Positions 20,009 through 29,050 of a stretch of 64,000 bases of DNA are shown in pieces. Both the position numbers and the translations under genes were made by a program. This DNA comes from an uncultured Chloroflexia bacterium (lineage in GTDB: Bacteria; Chloroflexota; Limnocylindria; Limnocylindrales; CSP1-4). Position 1 is the first letter of the stretch. Each line of letters starts with the position of its first letter. Below the pieces are notes generated by a model. It was not told the DNA's origin and ran no database searches. It was given only the letters and a program-made list of their open reading frames with translations. The DNA lies in the NCBI GenBank assembly GCA_963746845.1, contig CAVVCZ010000006.1, positions 256,001 through 320,000 of the forward strand. The letters run 5' to 3'.

Positions 20009-21133
20009 TCAGCCGAGCGCGTCGCGCACCTTGTCGAGGATGCCCGGGTGGGCGGGGGCGACGTCCTCGCCACCCTCCGCGGCGTACTCGACGAGCAGCT
20101 CGCGCTGCCGCTTCGAGAGCTTGGCCGGGACGACGACGTTCACGAACACGTGGAGGTCGCCCTTCGAGCCCGTCCGGCGCAGGTGGGGGACACCCCGGCC
20201 CCGCAGGCGGATCTCGGCGCCCGGCTGGGTTCCGGGCTTGACCTCCACATCCTCGTCGCCGTCGACCGTCGGGACGGAGATCGTCGCGCCGAGGGCCGCC
20301 TGGGCGATCGAGACGTCCGCCTCGTAGAAGAGCTCGGTGCCCTCGCGCTTGAGCGTCGGATGGGGCGTCACGTGGACGGCGACATAGAGCGATCCCGCGG
20401 GGCCGCCCCGGCGCCCAACCTCGCCCTCGTTGGACAGCCGGATCTGGTGGCCCTCGTCGATCCCGGCCGGGATCGTGACCCGCAGCGTGCGCTTTCGCTC
20501 CGTGCGGCCTTCGCCGTGGCACGTCGGGCAGGGCTCCTTGACGAGCTTGCCCTCGCCGTGACAGACGGGGCAGTCCGAGACATTGACCATCTGGCCGAGC
20601 ATCGTCCGGCGCGTCGTCCGGATCTCGCCGCGGCCGCCGCAGTTGTCGCAGGTCACGGGCTCCGTGCCGGGCTTGGCGCCGTTGCCGCCGCACGTCTCGC
20701 ATGCGCCGTAGACCGGGAACTCGATCTCCTTCTCCGTCCCGTGGACGGCCTCCTCGAACGTGATCCGGAGGTCGTAGCGCAGGTCCGAGCCGGGCATCGG
20801 GTGGCCGCGCCGCGCGCCGCCGCTCGTCGCCCCGCCGAAGAACGCGTCGAAGATGTCGCTGAACGAGCCGAAGGCGTTCGGGTCGAAGCCGGCGCCGGCG
20901 CCGTCCGCGCCGAGGCCGGCCTTCCCGAACATGTCGTAGGTCTGGCGCCGCTGCGGATCCGAGAGGACCTGGTAGGCCTCGTTGATCTCCTTGAAGCGCT
21001 CGGCGGCGCCGGCGTCCGTGTTGACGTCCGGATGCCACTGCTGGGCGAGCTTGCGGAAGGCCTTCTTGATGTCGGCGTCGGTCGCGGTCCGTTCGACGCC
21101 GAGGGTGGCGTAGTAGTCGAGTTCGGTGGCCAT
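20009..21133 (-). CDS. dnaJ: Chaperone DnaJ
   Basis: J-domain HPD, G/F region and four CxxCxGxG repeats. Confidence 0.98.
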   Translation of the reverse strand: MATELDYYATLGVERTATDADIKKAFRKLAQQWHPDVNTDAGAAERFKEINEAYQVLSDPQRRQTYDMFGKAGLGADGAGAGFDPNAFGSFSDIFDAFFGGATSGGARRGHPMPGSDLRYDLRITFEEAVHGTEKEIEFPVYGACETCGGNGAKPGTEPVTCDNCGGRGEIRTTRRTMLGQMVNVSDCPVCHGEGKLVKEPCPTCHGEGRTERKRTLRVTIPAGIDEGHQIRLSNEGEVGRRGGPAGSLYVAVHVTPHPTLKREGTELFYEADVSIAQAALGATISVPTVDGDEDVEVKPGTQPGAEIRLRGRGVPHLRRTGSKGDLHVFVNVVVPAKLSKRQRELLVEYAAEGGEDVAPAHPGILDKVRDALG

Positions 21134-21185
21134 GTGCGCGCGAAGTCTACGGGAGGACGCCTGGCGCGGTGGCTACGATGGCCCG

Positions 21186-22016
21186 GTGACCGCCCTCCCT
21201 CGCCTCACCGTCGCACTGACCTTCGACCACGACTCGATCTCCGACGGGGTCCGCCGCGGCGACCCGCCGGTCAAGCTGTCGCACGCGGAGTTCGGGGTGC
21301 GGGTGGGCGCGCCGCGGATCCTGGAGCTCCTCGCGTCGCGCGGCGTCGCGTCGACCTGGTTCGTCCCGGGGCACACGCTCGAGACGTTCCCCGACTCGAC
21401 CGCGGCGATCCTGGCCGGCGGCCACGAGCTCGCCTGCCACGGCTGGTTCCACGAGGACTTCGCCACCCTGCAACGGGACGAGGAGCGGGAGCTGATCGAG
21501 CGCTGCGTGGCCGCCGTGGAGCGCGTCACCGGATCCCGGCCGGCCGGCTGGCGGGCGCCGTACTGGTCGCTCGGCGGGAGCTCGCTGGAGCTGATCGCGG
21601 CGGCCGGGTTCGGCTACGACTCGTCGCTCATGGCCGACGACTACCGGCTGTATCGCGTACGCCAGGGCGACCGGCACTCCGTGACGGAGGGCACGCGGTT
21701 CGGGCCGGAGGGTCCCCTGGTCGAGGTGCCGGTGTCCTGGGCCCTCGATGACTGGCCGCACTTCGAGCCCTCGGCGAGCGGCGACCGCGACGGCCTGTCC
21801 GCGCCGTCGAAGGTCCTCGAGATCTGGACCGAGGAGCTCCGCTACGCGTGGACCCACGCGCCGGGCGGGCTGCTGACGGTGACGATGCATCCCGAGTGCA
21901 TCGGACGCGGCAGCCGGATGGCGATGCTCGAGCGGTTCATCGACGCGGCGGCCGGGCTGGACGGTGTCGTCTTCGACCGGCTGGACCGCTACGTGGAGGC
22001 GTGGTCGGGAGCGTGA
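21186..22016 (+). CDS. Polysaccharide deacetylase (PuuE/PgdA-like CE4)
   Basis: LTFDHD, TWFVPG, HELACHGWFH, GWRAP, YDSSLM, TMHP; TACGAT 6 nt before the GTG. Confidence 0.9.
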   Translation: MTALPRLTVALTFDHDSISDGVRRGDPPVKLSHAEFGVRVGAPRILELLASRGVASTWFVPGHTLETFPDSTAAILAGGHELACHGWFHEDFATLQRDEERELIERCVAAVERVTGSRPAGWRAPYWSLGGSSLELIAAAGFGYDSSLMADDYRLYRVRQGDRHSVTEGTRFGPEGPLVEVPVSWALDDWPHFEPSASGDRDGLSAPSKVLEIWTEELRYAWTHAPGGLLTVTMHPECIGRGSRMAMLERFIDAAAGLDGVVFDRLDRYVEAWSGA

Positions 22017-22032
22017 CCGCTGGCCTCGCCCC

Positions 22033-22208
22033 GTGCGGTCTGCACTCCTCGCACACGACGAATGCCCCGAGCCACCGACGTGCCCCTCCCGTGCATGTCA
22101 TGCACGAGATCGTCACCCGGTCACCCATCCGGTCGAGGTTGTGCACGCCATGCCACACCCGGACGCGGTCGGTCCGGCGAAGCCGTCGACGTGTGCACCG
22201 GGTGCAAC
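22033..22208. repeat. Four degenerate GTGC-core palindromes at 50-58 bp spacing (REP-like cluster)
   Basis: GTGCGGTCTGCAC at 22033, GTGCATGTCATGCAC at 22091, GTGCACGCCATGCCAC at 22141, GTGCACCGGGTGCAAC at 22193. Confidence 0.5.
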
Positions 22209-22291
22209 CGTTGAGGGCCGCACCATCCAGCGCGGAGGAGGACTCGCCTTCCGATCCGAACTTCCAGAGGGCCCGGGGCCTTGTCCGAGGA

Positions 22292-22669
22292 TCAGGTCGC
22301 GGGGTGTGGGTAGAACGTCTTGTGAACGATGCGCCAGGCGTCGTCGATCCGGAGCAGGGACAGATCGTCGCTGTACCACACGCCCGCGGACTGGCCGCCG
22401 AGCCGGACCAGGGCGGTATCGCCTTCGAAGGAGAGCGCCTCGATGCGCCATTCGTGGGGTCCCGCGTGCGCGACGGCCCCTTGGCACTCGGCAACGAACT
22501 CCTCGAGGGTCGCCCAGTACAGCCCGCCCCCCTCGTTGCCAACGATGGAAGCCCTGGGGTGGAAGGCGCGGCCGAGCCTGACCTCGTCACCGGCCATCAT
22601 CCCGTCGTAGTACGTGCGGACGGTCTCGGTCACGGCCACGATGTCCGCCTCATTCGTCGACTGACGCAT
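22292..22669 (-). CDS. NTF2-like / putative lumazine-binding family protein
   Basis: TYYDGMMAGD..RLGRAFHP, GDTALVRL, YSDDLSLLRIDDAWRIVHKTF. Confidence 0.8.
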   Translation of the reverse strand: MRQSTNEADIVAVTETVRTYYDGMMAGDEVRLGRAFHPRASIVGNEGGGLYWATLEEFVAECQGAVAHAGPHEWRIEALSFEGDTALVRLGGQSAGVWYSDDLSLLRIDDAWRIVHKTFYPHPAT

Positions 22670-22701
22670 CTGACGCACCCTCCCTCTCGGCCGACGGCGG
22701 A

Positions 22702-23451
22702 CTACGACCCGGATCGGGCACGAGCCTGGCCGCGGACTGCCGATGATCCCACCCGGGGACCCCCGGTGGCCACGACGGCCGCCAGCTCCTGGGCCTGTCG
22801 GAGAACTGCCTCGAGCATCGGTGCCGTCAATCGGCCGGTGAACGTGTTCTGCTGCGACGGGTGGTACGACCCCAGGACGACATGGCCGCCGGCGCGCGCG
22901 ACCGCCCCGTGCCCGAACGCCGGGCGTGGCCGCGCGTCGTCGCCGGTCAGCGCCGCGATCGTCCGGAACGACGACTCCCACGCGATCGCGCCGAGCGCGA
23001 CCAGCACGCGGACCCGCGACAGGAGCGCCAGCTCCCGCACGAGGAACGGCTGACAGCGATCCCGTTCCTCCGGGAGTGGCTTGTTGGCCGGTGGCGCGCA
23101 GCGCACGGCCGCCGCGATGTAGCAGTCGTGGAGCGCGAGCCCGTCGTCGATCCGCCGACCCGACGCCTGGTTCGCCAGCCCGGCGGCAAAGAGCGCCGAG
23201 AACAGGAAGTCGCCCGACGCGTCGCCCGTGAACACGCGACCGGTTCGGTTGCCGCCGTGCGCCGCCGGCGCCAGGCCGACGAGGAGGATCCGCGCTTCCG
23301 GATCGCCGAAGCCGGGCACGGGCCGGCCCCAGTACGTCTCGTCGCGGAACCGCGCGACCTTGTCGCGCGCCACCTGCTCCCGCCACGCGACCAGCCGCGG
23401 ACAGCGCCGGCAGGCGACGATCTCCTCGGTCAGGGCCTCGAGGGAGTCCAC
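22702..23451 (-). CDS. Uracil-DNA glycosylase, family 5 (UdgB-like, Fe-S)
   Basis: CRRCPRL, GLAPAAHGGNRTGRVFTGD, RCAPPANKP, YHPSQQN. Confidence 0.92.
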   Translation of the reverse strand: MDSLEALTEEIVACRRCPRLVAWREQVARDKVARFRDETYWGRPVPGFGDPEARILLVGLAPAAHGGNRTGRVFTGDASGDFLFSALFAAGLANQASGRRIDDGLALHDCYIAAAVRCAPPANKPLPEERDRCQPFLVRELALLSRVRVLVALGAIAWESSFRTIAALTGDDARPRPAFGHGAVARAGGHVVLGSYHPSQQNTFTGRLTAPMLEAVLRQAQELAAVVATGGPRVGSSAVRGQARARSGS

Positions 23452-23461
23452 CCCGGGAACC

Positions 23462-24268
23462 CTACTTGAGCAGGAGCCGGTCCAGGCGCCGGGCGACGAC
23501 CCACAGGCCGATCGTCCCCATGACCGCGAGATAGACGACGTGGACGAGGAGCGTCCAGTCGATGTAGCCGACACACAGGGACCGGAGCAGGTCGACGCCC
23601 TGGTACAGCGGCGTCAGCTGGACGATGACGCGCAGCGCCGGCGGATACGCGTCGAGCGGGTAGAACGTTGCGGAGAACAGGAACATCGGCAGGACGACGA
23701 GCTGGATCAGGTCGAAGTCCTGCCAGGTCCGCATGAACGACGTCGCGGCCATCGCGACCGCACCGAACGCGAACCCGATCAGAACCGCCCCGGGGAGGGC
23801 GAGGATCACCCACGGCGAGACGACCAGCCCGAGGACCAGCATCACCAACAGGAAGGCCACCGCGTAGATCCCGCCGCGGATCAGCGCCCACACGAGCTCG
23901 CCGACCGCCACGTCGCCGGCCGACAGCGGCGTCGACAGGATCGCGTCGAAGGTCTTGTTGTAGCGGAGCTTGAAGAAGAAGTTGAACGTGCCCTCGGAGA
24001 TCGCTCCGTTCATCGCCGCGCTCGCCAACAGCGCCGGCGCGACGAAGAGCTGGTACGGGATCGGCTGACCACCCGGCCCGTTCACGGTCCCGACGAGCGC
24101 CCCGAGGCCGAACCCGATCGAGCCCAGGTAGAACAGCGGCTCGAAGAAGCCGGACAGGATGACGATCCAGCCGTGGCGGTAGACGTAGATGTTCCGCTCG
24201 ACGAGGAACCGCGCCCGGCGGCTGCCGAGCGTGAACAGCCCCGTCAGCGGCAGCGTGGACGCGCTCAT
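23462..24268 (-). CDS. ABC-2 exporter permease (NodJ-like)
   Basis: SGFFEPLFYL, YQLFVAPALLA, FLFSATFYP; ATG overlaps the upstream stop. Confidence 0.9.
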   Translation of the reverse strand: MSASTLPLTGLFTLGSRRARFLVERNIYVYRHGWIVILSGFFEPLFYLGSIGFGLGALVGTVNGPGGQPIPYQLFVAPALLASAAMNGAISEGTFNFFFKLRYNKTFDAILSTPLSAGDVAVGELVWALIRGGIYAVAFLLVMLVLGLVVSPWVILALPGAVLIGFAFGAVAMAATSFMRTWQDFDLIQLVVLPMFLFSATFYPLDAYPPALRVIVQLTPLYQGVDLLRSLCVGYIDWTLLVHVVYLAVMGTIGLWVVARRLDRLLLK

Positions 24269-25050
24269 CCGCGGACCAGCCGGCGCTCGACATTGCGGTA
24301 CGCGAAGCTCAGCCCCACCCCGAACAGCGTGACCAGGACCGCGACGTGGATCGCGGCCATGAGCGGCGCATCGAGGATCGTCCCGAGCGCGAGGCCGCGG
24401 GTCAGCTCGACGCCGTGCCACAGGGGCGACAGCCAGGCCAGCGGCTGGATCGCCGGCGGCAGGTTCGAGATCGGGAAGAACGTGCCGGAGAACAGGAACA
24501 GCGGCGTGATGATGAACCGGAAGACCGCGTTGAACTTCTCGGGCGTGCGCTGGGTCGCCGAGAACGCCGCGATCGGTGTCGCGAAGGCGAGCCCGGTGAG
24601 GACCGCCGCCGGGATCGCGAGGATGATCAGCGGCGATGCGGCCGCGCCGAAGAGCGTCATCACGATCGTGAAGATCGCGGCGATCGACGTCAGCCGGATC
24701 GTGATCCACGCGACGTTCCCGAGGACGATATCGCGCGGCCCGATCGGCGTGGCGTACATCGCGTGGAACGTCTTCTGCCAGGTGAGCCCGCCCATGATCG
24801 GGAACGTCGCCTCGAAGGCCGCGGCCTGCATGGCGGTCGCCGCGAGCAGGCCCGGGGCGAGGAACTGGAGGTAGGTCAGGCCGCCCAGCGCCTGCGTCGC
24901 GCTGCCGGACTGGTCGACGTACGAGCCCAGCCCGAGGCCCATCGCCGTCAGGAACAGGACCGGGCTGAGGAATGAGGTGAACAGCGACGCGCGGTAGGTC
25001 CGCCGGTACTGGAGCGCGCGGTGCTCGACCACGCGGGTCATGACGGCCAT
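24265..25050 (-). CDS. ABC-2 exporter permease (NodJ-like)
   Basis: YLQFLAPGLLA, PLFLFSGTFFP, PLWHGVEL. Confidence 0.9.
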   Translation of the reverse strand: MAVMTRVVEHRALQYRRTYRASLFTSFLSPVLFLTAMGLGLGSYVDQSGSATQALGGLTYLQFLAPGLLAATAMQAAAFEATFPIMGGLTWQKTFHAMYATPIGPRDIVLGNVAWITIRLTSIAAIFTIVMTLFGAAASPLIILAIPAAVLTGLAFATPIAAFSATQRTPEKFNAVFRFIITPLFLFSGTFFPISNLPPAIQPLAWLSPLWHGVELTRGLALGTILDAPLMAAIHVAVLVTLFGVGLSFAYRNVERRLVRG

Positions 25051-25054
25051 CGGA

Positions 25055-26002
25055 CTACTCGATCAGCGACCGGCCGGTGAGCCGGAGGAATACGTCCTCC
25101 AGGGTCGACCGGCGGACGAGCACGGTCTCCGGGCGAAGGCCGCGGTCGTGGACCGCGACCGCCGCCGCCTCACCGTCCTCCGCGTAGAGCAGGACCCGAT
25201 CCGGCAGCCGCTCGATCCGCTCGGCGATGCCGTCGAGCTGCCCGTCGAGGGTCTCCTGGACGCCCGCCGGGAAGCGGAGCTCGGTCACCTCGCGCGACGA
25301 GTACCGATCGATCAGCTCGCGGGGTGACCCCTCGGCCACGATCTTCGCCTTGTCCATGACGACGAGGCGGTCGCACAGCTGCTCCGCCTCGTCCATGTAG
25401 TGAGTCGTCAGGACGAGCGTGACGCCGCGCTGCTTCAGGCGATACAGCCGGTCCCAGAGCAGATGCCGCGCCTGCGGGTCGAGGCCGGTGGTGGGCTCGT
25501 CGAGGAGGAGCAGGTCCGGCTCGTTGATCAGCGCGCGAGCGATCGTCAGCCGCCGCTTCATCCCGCCGGACAGCCGCTCGACGGTGTCGTTCGCCCGTTC
25601 GCCGAGCTTGGTGAACTCGAGCAGCTCGTCGGCCCGGCGACCGCATTCGGCCCGCGACAGCCCGAAGTAGCGGCCGTAGATCAGGAGGTTCTCGCGGACC
25701 GACAGCTCGGTGTCGAGCGAGTCGTCCTGGGGGACGACGCCGATCCGGGCCCGGATCGCCGGACCGTCGCGGCGGGGATCGCGCCCGAGGACCGTCAGCT
25801 GGCCGTCGCTCACCGGCGACACGCAGCCGATCATCCGCATGGTCGAGGTCTTGCCTGCGCCGTTCGGACCGAGGAAGCCGAACGATTCGCCCCGCGCGAC
25901 ATCGAAGTCGACGCCGTCGACGGCGGTGAATGCACCGAAGCGCTTCGTCAGGCCGCGGGCATGGATCAGGGCGGAATCCGACCGGGTGGGCACGTCCGAC
26001 AT
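25055..26002 (-). CDS. ABC exporter ATP-binding protein (NodI-like)
   Basis: GPNGAGKT, LSGGMKRRL, LLLDEPTTGLD, TTHYMDEAE. Confidence 0.95.
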   Translation of the reverse strand: MSDVPTRSDSALIHARGLTKRFGAFTAVDGVDFDVARGESFGFLGPNGAGKTSTMRMIGCVSPVSDGQLTVLGRDPRRDGPAIRARIGVVPQDDSLDTELSVRENLLIYGRYFGLSRAECGRRADELLEFTKLGERANDTVERLSGGMKRRLTIARALINEPDLLLLDEPTTGLDPQARHLLWDRLYRLKQRGVTLVLTTHYMDEAEQLCDRLVVMDKAKIVAEGSPRELIDRYSSREVTELRFPAGVQETLDGQLDGIAERIERLPDRVLLYAEDGEAAAVAVHDRGLRPETVLVRRSTLEDVFLRLTGRSLIE

Positions 26003-26129
26003 GGGGTCGTGATGGTACCCGACGCACCCGCCACGACCTGTCAGGAAGCCCGGCCGGGCCGGCCTTGTCGGCCGACCAGAAACATGCTAGCGTGCGGTAG
26101 CACGAACAAGTGGCCGAGGAGCCCCAGCG

Positions 26130-26615
26130 ATGTCCACCCTTCCGGAGCCGGTCGAGCGCCTGCTCGATGCCGCGCTCGTCGGCGAGCTGACCGTCGTCGA
26201 TGCGACCGGTCGGCCCGTCACCTATCCCCTGATCCCGCTGTACGACGGCGAGCGGATCTTCCTGACGTCGTCGACCCTCTTCTCGCGCAAGCTCGAGCAC
26301 ATCCGGGCGAACCCGAAGGTCGCCCTGTCGATCACCGACCCGATCGCGGTCGGCGGGCGGACGGACCGGGTCACGATCCAGGGCGACGCGCGGGTCATCG
26401 ATGACGATCCGCACGGTGGCTGGGAGCGCCTCCTCCCGATCTGGGAGGCCAAGGAACCGGCGATCGTGTCCTTCCTCAAGGTGCGGGTGGCCCTGCCCCT
26501 GTTCTTCGAGCGCGCGCTGATCGAGATCACGCCGCGTCGGGCGCTCTACTGGGCGACCGGAGACACCGTCGCGGCCGCGCCGATCGTCACGGTCGTCGGC
26601 GTGGAGGCGGCGTGA
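26130..26615 (+). CDS. Pyridoxamine 5'-phosphate oxidase-like split-barrel (flavin/F420-binding) protein
   Basis: ELTVVDATGRP, RKLEHIRANPKVAL, VTIQGDARV, IEITP. Confidence 0.85.
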   Translation: MSTLPEPVERLLDAALVGELTVVDATGRPVTYPLIPLYDGERIFLTSSTLFSRKLEHIRANPKVALSITDPIAVGGRTDRVTIQGDARVIDDDPHGGWERLLPIWEAKEPAIVSFLKVRVALPLFFERALIEITPRRALYWATGDTVAAAPIVTVVGVEAA

Positions 26616-28021
26616 TGGCGACGACGACCGACGCGCTGCCGCGAGTGCCGGCGCTGACGGCGCGGCAGGGCCTCGAGAAGCTCGAAACGTATCCGTTCGC
26701 GATCCTCACCTGGATCGACGACGCCGGGTATCCGCTGTGCGTCGCGGTCGAGGCGACGATCGACGCGGACGCCGGCACGGTCTCGTTCGCCGGGCCTGCC
26801 GGGCTCGTCGTTCCCACGGATACGGACGTGAGCCTCACCGGCTCCCACATCAGGCCGCAGCCGGGCTACGGCTACGACGAGCGGCGGCATGTCACCGTCT
26901 GGGGCCGCGCGGCTTCGGACGGTGACCGGTTCGCGTTCGCGGGCGCGCGCGCGTGGGGCTGGGACGAGGCCGAGCTCCCGTTCTTCGAGTACTCCGAACG
27001 CTCGACCGGCCAGTCACGGCGCTACTTCGACGCCCTCTCGGCCGAGCGGGGCACGCCGGTGAAGCCGCGGCTCGCGCTCCACTGGCTCTTCCTCCGGACG
27101 ACGCGGCTGCCCTTCCTGACCGCGACGATCGTGCCGGTCGTCCTCGGGATCGTCATCGCCGCCCGGCAGGGCTCGTTCGACTGGCTCACGGCCGTGCTGA
27201 CGGTGGTCGGCGCCGCGTGCGTGCAGCTCGGGCTGAACGTCGCGAATGACGTGTTCGACAGCGTCCAGGGCGCCGATGACGCGAATGTGACGCCGACCCA
27301 GTTCAGCGGCGGCTCGCGCGTCATCCAGTACGGGCTCGTGTCGCTCCGCGGGATGGCCGGGCTCGCGACGCTGTTCTACGTCCTGGCCGCCGTGATCGGG
27401 CTCGTCCTGCTGGTCCTGCGCGGCTCACCGGCCCTGCTCGCGATCGGGCTGATCGGGTTCGTCGTGTCGATCGGATACACGGCGCCGCCGCTGAAGCTCG
27501 TGTACCGCGGGCTCGGCGAGGTGGCGGTGGCGCTCGGCTTCGGGCCGCTGATGCTGCTCGGCGCCTACGTCGTCCAGACCGGCGGCACGCTGTCGTGGGA
27601 GCCGTTCGTCGCGTCGCTGCCGATCGCGCTGCTCGTCGCGCTGATCCTGTACGTCAACGAGATCCCCGACCGGCGCAGCGACGCCCGGGTCGGCAAGCGG
27701 ACGCTCCCCGTGCGGTTCCCCGAGTCCGCGGTCATCGGGGGCTACGTGGCGGCCGCGGGCGCGGCCTACGTGATCGTCGTGGCAGGGGTGGTGGCCGGGA
27801 TCCTGCCGATCCCGGCGCTGCTCGCGTTGCTCACGATCCCGCTCGCCCGCCAGGTCGCGGTGGGGCTGCGCCCGAACTACGACAACCCATACGGCCTGAT
27901 GTCGATCATGGGTGTCAACGTGAAGGTCCACCTGTACGCCGGCCTGCTCCTGCTGGCGGCCTACGCGGTGGTCCTGCTCGTCGCCGCGGTCGCGCCCTCG
28001 GTCGACCTCTTCGTCGGATAG
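26612..28021 (+). CDS. menA: MenA/UbiA-family prenyltransferase with a fused ~160-aa N-terminal soluble (split-barrel-like) domain
   Basis: RLPFL, NVANDVFDSVQGAD, GYTAPPLKL.YRGLGE, NEIPDRRSD..VGKRTLPVR; N-terminal domain ILTWIDDAGYP. Confidence 0.8.
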   Translation: MMATTTDALPRVPALTARQGLEKLETYPFAILTWIDDAGYPLCVAVEATIDADAGTVSFAGPAGLVVPTDTDVSLTGSHIRPQPGYGYDERRHVTVWGRAASDGDRFAFAGARAWGWDEAELPFFEYSERSTGQSRRYFDALSAERGTPVKPRLALHWLFLRTTRLPFLTATIVPVVLGIVIAARQGSFDWLTAVLTVVGAACVQLGLNVANDVFDSVQGADDANVTPTQFSGGSRVIQYGLVSLRGMAGLATLFYVLAAVIGLVLLVLRGSPALLAIGLIGFVVSIGYTAPPLKLVYRGLGEVAVALGFGPLMLLGAYVVQTGGTLSWEPFVASLPIALLVALILYVNEIPDRRSDARVGKRTLPVRFPESAVIGGYVAAAGAAYVIVVAGVVAGILPIPALLALLTIPLARQVAVGLRPNYDNPYGLMSIMGVNVKVHLYAGLLLLAAYAVVLLVAAVAPSVDLFVG

Positions 28022-28063
28022 CCGCGTAAGCGCCGGTGCAGGCGCGCCGACCATGCTCGAGCA

Positions 28064-28852
28064 GTGGAACCCGTTCGGTCCGGCCGGCAGCTCCGGGCTC
28101 TCCGCCGCCGCCAGCGGCTCCGGCAGGACGACGTTGCGGTCCGCGCCGGGTCGGGCCGATCCGAGGTCGGTCGAGCGGAGCGTGGTGACTGGCGCCACCT
28201 TCGCGTGGCGACGCTCCACCGGATCGCCACGGCCGTCGGCGCGCGACTGGAGGTCCGAATCTCCTGGAACGGCGAGGCCCTCGACCGGCTGCTCGATGCC
28301 GGACACGCCGCGCTGGTGGAGCAGACGGTACGCCGCCTCGTGGCCTCCGGTTGGCTCTGCGCCGTTGAAGTCTCGTTCAACATCCGAGGCGAGCGCGGTT
28401 CGATCGATGTCCTGGCGTTCCACCCGGGGACGCGCAATGCGTTGATCGTCGAGGTGAAGTCGGTGATCCCGGACGTCCAGGCGACGCTGATGACGCTGGA
28501 CCGAAAGGTCCGTCTTGCGCGGGAGATCGCCGCCGAGCGCGGCTGGGATGCCAATCACGTCGGGCGTCTCCTCGTCGTCGGGGAGTCGCGGACCTCCCGC
28601 CGACGGGTCGAGGCTCACCAGGCCCTGTTCGCAACCGCGCTGCCGGCCCGCGCGGTCGCCATCCGATCATGGCTGCGGGCTCCGGGGCGTCCGCCGGACC
28701 TGGCCGGGCTGTTGTTTCTGTCAACCGGCCTCCCGCCGGCCGCTCGTCATCGGATGGCGCCAGAGTCGCAGCCATCTTCACGCCGCTCACGCACGAGCCG
28801 CGAGCGAGTTCGTGAAGCGGCGTCGTCATCTGCCCCACGGGAGGCCGGGTGA
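28064..28852 (+). CDS. XRE-type HTH + PD-(D/E)xK nuclease-like protein (copy 2)
   Basis: LRALRRRQRLRQDDVA...ERG; ERGSIDVLAFH...LIVEVKS; colinear with 13610-14356. Confidence 0.8.
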   Translation: MEPVRSGRQLRALRRRQRLRQDDVAVRAGSGRSEVGRAERGDWRHLRVATLHRIATAVGARLEVRISWNGEALDRLLDAGHAALVEQTVRRLVASGWLCAVEVSFNIRGERGSIDVLAFHPGTRNALIVEVKSVIPDVQATLMTLDRKVRLAREIAAERGWDANHVGRLLVVGESRTSRRRVEAHQALFATALPARAVAIRSWLRAPGRPPDLAGLLFLSTGLPPAARHRMAPESQPSSRRSRTSRERVREAASSSAPREAG

Positions 28853-28914
28853 CGAGTACGCAGTGACGAACGTCCTCCCGGAGGCCGGGTGACAGATTTC
28901 GGGGGACAAACTCG
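28805..28914. repeat. Imperfect inverted repeat with an internal 14-bp direct repeat at the 3' end of the nuclease gene
   Basis: CGAGTTCGT ... ACAAACTCG arms; GGAGGCCGGGTGAC at 28840 and 28880. Confidence 0.6.
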
Positions 28915-28995
28915 GTGTGGAGCCGGCCCGCGGGCCTGGGGACCCGCGGGCCGGGGCGCAGCGAGAGGCGCCACGGAACCCGGCACGAATCGAAG

Positions 28996-29024
28996 CGCCC
29001 GGCCGGGCTGGGCCCGGCCGGGCG
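28996..29024 (-). terminator. Hairpin downstream of dnaK
   Basis: CGCCCGGCCGGGC-TGG-GCCCGGCCGGGCG, 13-bp stem. Confidence 0.65.
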
Positions 29025-29050
29025 TAACGGATCCGAGATGAACCGGAGGC

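Noticed and set aside
28840-28893. Mini-CRISPR (14-bp repeat, 26-bp spacer)
   Set aside because: Only two short copies, embedded in a larger hairpin
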